Shown: piece by piece, positions 31,461 through 38,771 of the stretch
How the letters are laid out: each line of letters opens with the position of its first letter
Numbering within the stretch: the first letter of the stretch is position 1
Assembly: GCA_016211995.1 (NCBI GenBank)
Contig: JACRHU010000078.1
Span: forward strand, 1 to 40,265
Source of the DNA: Candidatus Pacearchaeota archaeon
GTDB taxonomy: Archaea > Nanobdellota > Nanobdellia > Pacearchaeales > DTIR01
DNA length: 40,265 nucleotides
Direction of reading: 5' to 3'
Notes under the pieces: generated by a model
What the model was told of the DNA's origin: nothing
The model's database searches: none
Seen by the model: only the letters and a program-made list of their open reading frames with translations
Program-made: the position numbers and the translations under genes

Positions 31461-31596
31461 AGCCTCAGGCCGGGATCGAACCGACGACCAATGCTTTTTT
31501 CTTATTTTTGCAACTCTTCTAGGAGAGTTGAGCCATAAGAGAACCTAGGTTCTCTTAGGTACGAAAGCATCGCTCTACCAACTGAGCTACTGAGGC
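31461..31596 (-). tRNA. tRNA-Thr (CGU) with a 63-nt intron at 37/38
   Basis: GCCTCAG-TA-GCTC-AGTTGGTA-GAGC-G-ATGCT-TTCGTA|intron 31497-31559|A-AGCAT-TGGTC-GTCGG-TTCGATC-CCGGC-CTGAGGC-T. The intron holds a 22-nt perfect palindrome (31536-31557) and a second hairpin CAACTCT/AGAGTTG. Confidence 0.85.
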
Positions 31597-31636
31597 GTAA
31601 AAGAAAAAGATTTTTAAGTTATTTATATCTTTTCAA

Positions 31637-31741
31637 ATGATGGATAGAGAATTTTATAAAAAAGACCCTGCAATTGTTGCTCAAGAATTACTTGGCAAAA
31701 TTTTAGTGAGGAAAATAGGTTATTTATATGTGCCAGCATAA
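31637..31741 (+). pseudogene. mpg: Orphaned 5' stub of a 3-methyladenine DNA glycosylase (mpg) gene
   Basis: MMDREFYKKDPAIVAQELLGKILVRKIG parallels FYLRDPAKVAKELLGKLLVRKLG of the intact mpg at 32788. It then diverges (YLYVPA*) exactly where the cassette begins. Confidence 0.55.
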
Positions 31742-31775
31742 TAATATTTAAATAGTAGTTCTACGTAGCATAAAT

Positions 31776-31946
31776 ATGGTAAGCCACAGTATAAAGAGGG
31801 GCAACACTAAACTGACTTTGTCTATAGAGAAAAAAATCTTAGAGAATTTCAAAAAATTCTGTGACAAAGAAGGTTTGATAATTTCTAAACAAATAGAAAA
31901 ATTTATGAAACAGAAAGTTGAAAAATGGCGAAAGTTAAAGGATTAA
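31776..31946 (+). CDS. Small ribbon-helix-helix-like protein (56 aa), not in the ORF track
   Basis: MVSHSIKRGNTKLTLSIEKKILENFKKFCDKEGLIISKQIEKFMKQKVEKWRKLKD shows a beta-strand (KLTLSI) plus two-helix pattern typical of CopG/RHH. It overlaps the start of the LAGLIDADG gene. Confidence 0.45.
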   Translation: MVSHSIKRGNTKLTLSIEKKILENFKKFCDKEGLIISKQIEKFMKQKVEKWRKLKD

Positions 31947-32800
31947 AGAATATCCTAACAAAAGAAAAATTGAATGAACTATATATAGAAAGAAAATTGT
32001 CGATGGCTAAGATATCGAGATATTTGTGTGTAACCTACCAAACCATCATTTACTGGTTAAAAAAATTTAATATAGAAATAAGAGGTCCTAAAACCTATAA
32101 TAAGAAGCCTTTTTCTGGAGATATTTTGGAACGAGCTTATTTAATGGGTTTAAGTATAGGTGATTTTAATGTTAAAAAACATCATGCACAGATTTTAGTC
32201 AGAACCTCAACAACACATCCTGCTATGATAAGTTTATTTAACCAACTTTTTACAAAATATTCATTTGTTAAACAAATCAAATTAAAGAGCATGCCTTCTT
32301 GGTATTTGTATACTATCTTAGATAGTTCATTTGATTTTTTAATGGAAAAGGGTATCAATCTGGAAAATTTTAAAAAGGAAGAATTTTATGCGTTTTTGTC
32401 TGGCTATGTAGATGCCGAAGGGTGTTTATGCATAACAAACAACAAAGAGACTTTTAGGTATCATTTTTCTTTAGCATCTGAAGATATTAATATTCTGAAT
32501 GGCATAAAAGAATACTTATCTAAATTAGGGCATAAGGTTTCTTTTAGGATTTCTGCTAAAAGGGGAAATCTTACCACTAATGGAAAGGTTTACAACAAAG
32601 ACTATTGGGAGCTTAGATTGTATTCTAAAAAGGAAGTTTTAAATTTGATTGGAAAATTACAATTGCAACATTATGAGAAGATTAGATGGAAGGAACTTAT
32701 GTTTGAATTAAATAATTGTCGAAAATGGGTAGATGTTAAAGAGATAGTCTTTAGATTGAGGAAAGATATTGATAATGAGGTAGAAAAATGCATATTTTAA
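31925..32800 (+). mobile_element. Free-standing double-motif LAGLIDADG homing endonuclease with an N-terminal HTH
   Basis: HTH-like LSMAKISRYLCVTYQTIIYWLKKFNI. LAGLIDADG motifs are AYLMGLSIGDFNV and YAFLSGYVDAEGCL. The stop overlaps the mpg start by 13 nt. Confidence 0.85.
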
Positions 32801-33381
32801 TTAATAAATCTCATCTATTGAACTATAATTTTTATTTAAGAGATCCTGCGAAGGTTGCTAAAGAGTTATTAGGAAAGTTGCTAGTTAGAAAATTAGGAAA
32901 CAATATACTAATTGGAAGGGTAGTCGAGACAGAAGCTTATTTTGGCAGCGAAGATCCCGCTTCAAGAGCTTATAAGGGGGTTAATAAAATTTCAGAGTTG
33001 ATGTTTGGGAAACCTGGAAGATTACTGGTATATGTAGTTCATGCTAATAATTTAGTTAATGTGGTAGCTCATAATATTAATAATGTTGGAGCAGTTCTGA
33101 TTAGGGCCCTTGAACCCATCTATGGTCTAGATATTATGAAGTCAAATAGGAATACAAATAAGGATGTGCATTTATGTTCAGGTCCTGGGAAGTTAACTCA
33201 GGCATTATGTATAGAGAGGGCCCACCATGGTTTAGATATTACTAATAGAAATTCTGAAATAGTTCTTATTGATAATAAAGAAAAATTTGATATTCAAGAA
33301 GCTTTTAGAATTGGTGTAAAGAAAGACCTTGCGAAGAGGCTAAGGTTCTTTATTAAAGATAATAAATTTGTTTCAAGATAG
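32788..33381 (+). CDS. mpg: 3-methyladenine DNA glycosylase (Mpg/AAG family)
   Basis: FYLRDPAKVAKELLGKLLVRK, GRVVETEAYFGSEDPASRAY, GKPGRLLVYVVHA and VLIRALEP. Confidence 0.85.
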   Translation: MHILINKSHLLNYNFYLRDPAKVAKELLGKLLVRKLGNNILIGRVVETEAYFGSEDPASRAYKGVNKISELMFGKPGRLLVYVVHANNLVNVVAHNINNVGAVLIRALEPIYGLDIMKSNRNTNKDVHLCSGPGKLTQALCIERAHHGLDITNRNSEIVLIDNKEKFDIQEAFRIGVKKDLAKRLRFFIKDNKFVSR

Positions 33382-33391
33382 TTAAGAAAAA

Positions 33392-33625
33392 ATGTTCAAA
33401 CTTGGATTGATAAAAGATGCAATAAAGCCTTACGAGAGCAAGGTTTCTCATGTTGAGCTAGAGAAGGTTTTACAAGAAATAGGAAAAAAATATGGAATTG
33501 AAATAAGAAATTGTGGAAATGATGTTGTTGGTTTTATTCCATTTTATACAGAATCAAAACAAGAAAATTGGTATGAAGAATATTCTAAAGAACTTGAGAT
33601 TGTTTTGAAAGAAAAGTATAGCTAA
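33392..33625 (+). CDS. Hypothetical small protein
   Basis: 77-aa ATG ORF with no recognisable motif. Confidence 0.4.
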   Translation: MFKLGLIKDAIKPYESKVSHVELEKVLQEIGKKYGIEIRNCGNDVVGFIPFYTESKQENWYEEYSKELEIVLKEKYS

Positions 33626-33885
33626 CCTCTGTCAACTATTTCTTGAAGTGACTTTTCTAATTCAGTAATAGTTTTTTCAAGTTTTAAGAAGGCTGATCCA
33701 TAACAACAAGCTTTTTTCTCACCTTCTTTAAAAAAATGATATGAGATTATTGTATTTTTTTTGTCTCTTATAAATCCATTTTCTTCATCTATTACAAGAA
33801 TAAGTCCACTTTTTCCATAGTACATTCTTTTCAATAACGTTAAATCAGCCTTCACATTTGTTTCTTCTTTTTTTTCTTCTGCCAT
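33622..33885 (-). CDS. Hypothetical small protein
   Basis: 87-aa ATG ORF, convergent with 33392-33625 (4-nt overlap). Confidence 0.4.
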   Translation of the reverse strand: MAEEKKEETNVKADLTLLKRMYYGKSGLILVIDEENGFIRDKKNTIISYHFFKEGEKKACCYGSAFLKLEKTITELEKSLQEIVDRG

Positions 33886-34049
33886 CTCTCCTTCCTTGCA
33901 AGAAAGGTTTAAATATTTTTCCTTAGCAGGTTTTGTAAAGATACTGAGAGATAAAAAGAATAAGTTTGTATAAATTTATCCTTATCTCTCACAAATTTGA
34001 CAGAACTCCTTAGCAAGATTTTTAAATTAAGATAATCAAGTTAAAGTAT

Positions 34050-34229
34050 GCGGGGATGCCGGAGTGGCCAAACGGGCAGGACTCAGAAAAGTTTTGCCAT
34101 AGGGCAAGATGAGATGCCAAACTTAAGGTCATTCCAAAAGGGAAGGCAATGCTACACCTTTTGTAAAAAGGGAATGAAGAGAAATCCTGTGGCTTAGTGC
34201 CTGCGAAGGTTCAAATCCTTCTCCCCGCA
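34050..34229 (+). tRNA. tRNA-Leu (CAG) with a 96-nt intron at 37/38
   Basis: GCGGGGA/TCCCCGC acceptor. D-stem CCG/CGG. Anticodon stem CAGGA(34077-81)/TCCTG(34185-89) with loop CTCAGA|intron 34088-34183|A. Long variable arm TGGCTTAGTGCCTGC. T-arm GAAGG-TTCAAAT-CCTTC. Discriminator A. Confidence 0.85.
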
Positions 34230-34299
34230 TTCTTATTATTCTATAGTAGTAACAAATCGAAAGGTTTAAAAGGGCTGGTTTCTTAGAAAAAAGACTAAA

Positions 34300-34656
34300 A
34301 TGGAAGAAACACTATCAGAAAAAATCGCTGGGAAGGTAATAGATATAGTACCTATTAGTGAACTATCAAAAGGGGTACAGTTACTTGGCGTAGCACTAGG
34401 GTTTCTTCATGGGCTCTGTGACTCTAAAGGAATTCCTATCACAAAGGAACATTTAGAATTTATTATGACTTATGGAGCAGCAATTTCAAATGGGGCTTTG
34501 GGTGGATTAGCAGGATATGTAGTTAATAAAACATGCCCATATAGATTAGACAAAGGTCAAGCTGTATTTGGTACTTTTATGGAAGCTGCTGTTGGAGGTC
34601 TAGCTACAGCATTTGGTTATGGCTTTGGATACCTATGCGGCCATTTTTCAAAATAA
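34300..34656 (+). CDS. Glycine-rich membrane-associated hypothetical protein
   Basis: 118-aa ATG ORF with Gly-zipper-like segments (GALGGLAGYVV and AAVGGLATAFGYGFGYLCG). Confidence 0.45.
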   Translation: MEETLSEKIAGKVIDIVPISELSKGVQLLGVALGFLHGLCDSKGIPITKEHLEFIMTYGAAISNGALGGLAGYVVNKTCPYRLDKGQAVFGTFMEAAVGGLATAFGYGFGYLCGHFSK

Positions 34657-34821
34657 ATTAAAATCTTTTTATACTTTTGAATAATATTGAAAAAATAAAA
34701 TAAGGCCAAGCACTAAACTTTTAGGTGTGAGGGTCTACAGAAAAGTAATACTCTCTGGAGATTACCCCTGTCAATGATTTTAAGTCATAAAATTTAAAAA
34801 CATTGTAATTCTTATTCTATT

Positions 34822-35025
34822 ATGACAAGAAGATTAGTGAAGAGGAATCCATTTTATGTCGCAACGCTTACTGGAATCCTGTATTTTGCTGCCTATTGCT
34901 TTGCTAGGTACTTATTCAGCCAGGATTTTGATACTCAACGAGGTTTAATCGGAGCAGTTGTATTCTGGGTTATTTATTTTTTCCTTCAAATATCTTTAAA
35001 CATTAGGATTGATAGGCAACAATAA
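34822..35025 (+). CDS. Small two-TM hypothetical protein
   Basis: 67-aa ATG ORF with two hydrophobic helices. Confidence 0.4.
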   Translation: MTRRLVKRNPFYVATLTGILYFAAYCFARYLFSQDFDTQRGLIGAVVFWVIYFFLQISLNIRIDRQQ

Positions 35026-35099
35026 TTTCAGCTTTGCACATAATTAGCTTAGGGCTAATACTAATTCACTCAAATTTATGAGCAAAGCCAATAATTTCA
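35020..35099. repeat. GCTTTGCACATAA-family inverted-repeat element (58 nt) flanked by abutting 11-nt direct repeats that include the stop codon of ORF 34822-35025
   Basis: CAATAATTTCA occurs at 35020-35030 and 35089-35099. Left arm GCTTTGCACATAA is at 35031-35043 and right arm TTATGAGCAAAGC at 35076-35088 (1 mismatch). Confidence 0.7.
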
Positions 35100-35133
35100 C
35101 AAGATTTAAAAATAAACTAATTCTCTAATTTGT

Positions 35134-35532
35134 ATGGCAAAAGAGAGCAAGGAGAATATAATTATTGCGTTATTGATTATTATCATCATTGTACTAGGGG
35201 CAAGTTTATTCTTATTATTTAAAAAATTGACAAATAGTGGAAATGGCAGCTTTGAAAATGTTGTTTATCCAAAAGGAGCTGGTTGTGAAGAGCTTATAGA
35301 TTATTTTGCAAAAGAAAAAAATCTTGATATAAGACAGCCTGTTTGCACCCATTATTATGAAAAAGATGAGGTAACAGGCAAAAGTATATTAAAGAGATGT
35401 ATGTGCAATATAGTATACTGTGATTATACTTTATATGGAAGAATAAAAGGAATTAAAGAATGTGAGATGAAACAAATAGAAGTTAATACCACACTAATTG
35501 GTGAGATTACAGGCGGCCAATTTGTTAAATAG
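35134..35532 (+). CDS. N-terminally anchored Cys-rich hypothetical protein
   Basis: TM segment IIIALLIIIIIVLGASLFLLF, with 7 Cys in the extracytoplasmic part. Confidence 0.45.
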   Translation: MAKESKENIIIALLIIIIIVLGASLFLLFKKLTNSGNGSFENVVYPKGAGCEELIDYFAKEKNLDIRQPVCTHYYEKDEVTGKSILKRCMCNIVYCDYTLYGRIKGIKECEMKQIEVNTTLIGEITGGQFVK

Positions 35533-35584
35533 AATGGAATTAGAACCTATATTATTTATAAGTTGAGAATAACAGGAAAATATA

Positions 35585-36613
35585 ATGGCTAAGGAAGAAG
35601 GGACAAAAAGGATTGGAACTATTTCTGAGCTATTAAAAGATGGAAGCAAACCTCAAGAAATTAAAATAGAGCCAAAAAAAGAAGGTCACTCTTATTCATT
35701 TGGAAAACCATTGATAATTGCAGCAGGTTGTATTGCTGCGCTCTTATTTGGTTATTATCAACTTCCAAGGAATAATAGCAATACTAATTCAAAGACTAGT
35801 GATGTAATTGTAAAATCTGCTGAAGCAAAAGAAGTCAAACAAGATTATAAAGAATCTAGTTATTCAGACTATGCTGTTTTAGCATCTCATAATCTTTTTT
35901 CTAGATATGGGCAAGAACAAGCTAAAAAACAAGAACCTGAGAAGAAAGAAAATATTGAGAAAAAAATCGAAGTTGAGGAAATTCCAGTAGTCAAAGCCTC
36001 TCCTTTTGATGGTTTTAGTTATCCTGGGCATTATACTATTAATGGAGAAAAAGTAGGAGTTATTTCAGGAATGACTAATAGAGAATTTTATTTTTTAAAA
36101 AAAGGAGAAAATTTTAAAGACTACAGTATAGAAGATATAACTGAAAATGGAATAGTCGCTGTTAGTAATGATAAATCTGAAAAATATAGCTTGCCTATTA
36201 CTACAACTTTCAGTCCTCTTCCTCTTGCTGCTAGTGCACAGGCTCCAGCTCCACGTATTTCTGCTACTGCATCGCCTTTTGCTAATCAAGTAAGGCAGTT
36301 GATGGGAACTAGAATGCAACCTGCAGATTTAAATAGACTTTTAGAAAGAACAGGCAACATGAGTTCTGATGCCCAAAACAGAGTACTCGGATTTCTTCAA
36401 AGAGCACCTCCACAATTTTTAGATAATATTATGAGCAATCCAGAAGCAGCTAACAGAACATTGACAGCAATAGAATCAGGAGGATTTGGAGGTAGGGGAG
36501 GAATGTTTGGTGGCTTTGGAGGTATGGGTGGTGGAACAGCAGGAGGCGGAATGCCAGGGATGCCTGGAATGCCTGGTCAGTCTGGACAGCCATCTGGTCA
36601 ACCCGGACAATAA
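35585..36613 (+). CDS. Membrane-anchored protein with a PilP/GspC-like beta domain and a Gly/Met/Pro-rich low-complexity tail
   Basis: TM segment LIIAAGCIAALLFGYY. The YTINGEKVGVISGMTNREFYFLKKGENFKDYSIEDITENGIVAV pattern is present. The tail is GGFGGRGGMFGGFGGMGGGTAGGGMPGMPGMPGQSGQPSGQPGQ. Confidence 0.55.
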   Translation: MAKEEGTKRIGTISELLKDGSKPQEIKIEPKKEGHSYSFGKPLIIAAGCIAALLFGYYQLPRNNSNTNSKTSDVIVKSAEAKEVKQDYKESSYSDYAVLASHNLFSRYGQEQAKKQEPEKKENIEKKIEVEEIPVVKASPFDGFSYPGHYTINGEKVGVISGMTNREFYFLKKGENFKDYSIEDITENGIVAVSNDKSEKYSLPITTTFSPLPLAASAQAPAPRISATASPFANQVRQLMGTRMQPADLNRLLERTGNMSSDAQNRVLGFLQRAPPQFLDNIMSNPEAANRTLTAIESGGFGGRGGMFGGFGGMGGGTAGGGMPGMPGMPGQSGQPSGQPGQ

Positions 36614-36625
36614 TTTATAGATATC

Positions 36626-36955
36626 TCACAAACTTATTTTTTTATTTACAAGTATATTTTTTGGTTTTATTTTCTTATTTGTTAGCTCAAAACCCATTAT
36701 AATTATCTCATCTCCTATATGGATCAAATGAGCAGCAGCACCATTCATGCATATAATTCCTGAGTTCTTTTTTCCTTTGATTACATAAGTTTCAAGTCTT
36801 GCTCCATTTGTATTATCAACAACTAATACTTTCTCTCCTGGCCAGAAACCTGCTTTTTCAATTAATGCAGAATCTATTGTTATGCTTCCTATATAATTGA
36901 TATCTGCATGATTAACAATTGCTTTATGTATTTTTGATCTTAACATAAATCTCAT
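36626..36955 (-). CDS. panD: Aspartate 1-decarboxylase, pyruvoyl-dependent (bacterial PanD type)
   Basis: MLRSKIHKAIVNHADINYIGSITID (self-cleavage G|S site), VVDNTNGARLETYVI and NGAAAHL. Confidence 0.9.
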   Translation of the reverse strand: MRFMLRSKIHKAIVNHADINYIGSITIDSALIEKAGFWPGEKVLVVDNTNGARLETYVIKGKKNSGIICMNGAAAHLIHIGDEIIIMGFELTNKKIKPKNILVNKKISL

Positions 36956-37260
36956 TTTTTGATGATCGGAATTTCAAGAACATATTTTGCCTTATATGTC
37001 TTTGAAAATTGAAATGGCTTTAATTTTTGGATAGCTACCTTTTTCATATTCTTATTGAACCAAATTACATAAATTGGAAAAAAAACAAAAAACATATGCA
37101 AGTTTATTTGTTGTTCCCTCGAAAAAACAAATAATAAGGATTTTGCATTATTTTTCGAACAGAACATTAGACCCTTTATTCTAGAAAATAATGAATTGCA
37201 GATTTTAGCCTTAATTTTTTGTCTTTTTCCATTAATTGTCAAAGTTATAACCCTATACAT
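36952..37260 (-). CDS. DUF192-family protein
   Basis: The RIKGLMF...SLLFVF...MFFVFFPIYVIWF...KAKYVLEI pattern is typical of DUF192/COG1430. It has an ATGA overlap with panD. Confidence 0.6.
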   Translation of the reverse strand: MYRVITLTINGKRQKIKAKICNSLFSRIKGLMFCSKNNAKSLLFVFSREQQINLHMFFVFFPIYVIWFNKNMKKVAIQKLKPFQFSKTYKAKYVLEIPIIKK

Positions 37261-37346
37261 TTTTCACTCTCTATACTTCTGTCTGCCTATAAAAATAAAT
37301 AAAAAAGATCAATAATAAAAAATAAAAAGATTTCCTTGGTCTCTAT

Positions 37347-37472
37347 TTATCTTCTCTTCTTCTTTTTTCCACCACGGGCCATCTTTGCTTCGCAAACATT
37401 TCCTTTGGCATCAACATAATATAAATAGCCTTTTTTTCTTTTAACAACGCCTCTGGCAATTACACTTCCCAT
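37347..37472 (-). CDS. 41-aa basic protein not in the ORF track (MGSVIARGVVKRKKGYLYYVDAKGNVCEAKMARGGKKKKRR)
   Basis: Clean ATG...TAA ORF in an otherwise empty 360-nt gap, with GGAAAGGAGGTG upstream of the ATG. It has a beta-hairpin-like GYLYYVD-x-GNV core and a poly-basic tail. Confidence 0.5.
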   Translation of the reverse strand: MGSVIARGVVKRKKGYLYYVDAKGNVCEAKMARGGKKKKRR

Positions 37473-37523
37473 TTAAAAGCACCTCCTTTCCTTAGTTTTA
37501 AAATTTATAATTTTTATTTTCAT

Positions 37524-37568
37524 AAAAATTCTCCTAAATTTTTAGGAAACTGAAATTTTTCAAATTTC
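37524..37568. repeat. Twin-hairpin intergenic element, copy 5 (degenerate centre AGGAAACT)
   Basis: Hairpin AAAAATT(37524-30)/AATTTTT(37537-43), central AGGAAACT (37544-51), then hairpin GAAATTT(37552-58)/AAATTTC(37562-68). Confidence 0.5.
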
Positions 37569-37622
37569 ATTTTATATAGATATTATAATACCGACGAGTA
37601 TTTAAATCTTTCTCCTCGAGAT

Positions 37623-38630
37623 TCAGCCTACAGCTACACCATACTTATCTTTTATATATTTTTTCAAGAAGGTGAAAAATTCTTGTTCTGATTCAAAAAT
37701 CTTTGTTGTAAAGTATAAAGTAAATGGAGATTTCTTCTGGCTGGGGAATATAAGCCAGACATCTTTATTAGTCTCATAACCCTCTCTGAGCTCATTTATC
37801 ACTCCGGTGGAGGCAACTATTGTCGGAAAATAAGCAATTACTTTCTTACTCTGCCTTACAAGCCAATACAAGTCTCTGTTAATTGTCTGATAATACACTG
37901 TCTTATCAATTTCTACATCTGTGGGGATTTCTATAGTTCTTGGGTCGAAAACAGTAAAATATTTATTCAACTTTTCTACAAATAAATCAATTTTTTTAAA
38001 ATCTCCCTTGCTGTTTATATGTGTTATAGGCATACTGACATAGATTGGTTCCATTTTTGGATGAAAAAGTAATTTGTATAATGTATCAATTGGTTGTTTT
38101 ATTGGATAGACAAAAAATTGTTTTTTCCAGAATTCTGCAAATGTAGCAGTCATTTCTACCTCAACATTTTGCCATAAAAGAATCTCATCTTCGCTTGGCA
38201 TTTCCTGTTTCCATTGGTCTTTTTCAGAAAGTCTTTCTTCTATATCTTCACTCCTATCTATAAATGTTATAAACATGTCTGGGTTTAATTTATCAAGATA
38301 AAATTTTTCATATGCTCTTAGAAAGATTTTTTTCCAGAAAAATACAGCATGCATGATTATTATAACTACATCATTTTCTTTCAAATCATTTTCTAAATTT
38401 GCAAGAATTTTCTCGAGAACAGCTCCCCTTAAAGAGTTAAGTGTATTTGGATTAGCATTAAGAATATTTTCCCTCGTGATATTTAGTCCAACATCATGTG
38501 CATGAGAAAACATCATCTCTCCGATAGCATATACTAACGCTTTTTTACCCTTTTTTCTAGCAAACTCTACAAATGTCTTTAAATATTCCTTTTCTCCACA
38601 ACCTGAAACTCCTGTTGTTAATATTAGCAT
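37623..38630 (-). CDS. P-loop-like kinase N-domain fused to a C-terminal region reminiscent of nucleoside 2-deoxyribosyltransferase-like folds (function unknown)
   Basis: N-terminus MLILTTGVSGCGEKEYL (degenerate Walker A). The C-terminus has IYVSMPIT and VIAYFPTIVASTGVINELREGYETNKDVWLIF. The fold assignment is inference only. Confidence 0.5.
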   Translation of the reverse strand: MLILTTGVSGCGEKEYLKTFVEFARKKGKKALVYAIGEMMFSHAHDVGLNITRENILNANPNTLNSLRGAVLEKILANLENDLKENDVVIIIMHAVFFWKKIFLRAYEKFYLDKLNPDMFITFIDRSEDIEERLSEKDQWKQEMPSEDEILLWQNVEVEMTATFAEFWKKQFFVYPIKQPIDTLYKLLFHPKMEPIYVSMPITHINSKGDFKKIDLFVEKLNKYFTVFDPRTIEIPTDVEIDKTVYYQTINRDLYWLVRQSKKVIAYFPTIVASTGVINELREGYETNKDVWLIFPSQKKSPFTLYFTTKIFESEQEFFTFLKKYIKDKYGVAVG

Positions 38631-38771
38631 AGTTTCACATCACATTTTGAACTTATAAAGCTTACGTTTTGCTGTAATTTTAAAGTGGTGATATATACTC
38701 TAATGAATATATCACAAAATAATTGTTAACATTACATAAGATATTTAAAGAAAATTTAATTCTGAAATGGG

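Noticed and set aside
34088-34183. C/D-box sRNA inside the tRNA-Leu intron
   Set aside because: Only a C-box-like GATGAGA is present, with no D box (CTGA) at the expected distance and no terminal stem. It is kept as an open question in the findings rather than called as a feature.
34690-34790. Slightly GC-richer intergenic stretch (GGCCAAGCACTAAACTTTTAGGTGTGAGGGTCTACAG...CCCCTGTCAATGATT) considered as a small RNA
   Set aside because: I could not find paired C/D (RUGAUGA/CUGA) boxes, an H/ACA layout or a convincing extended helix.
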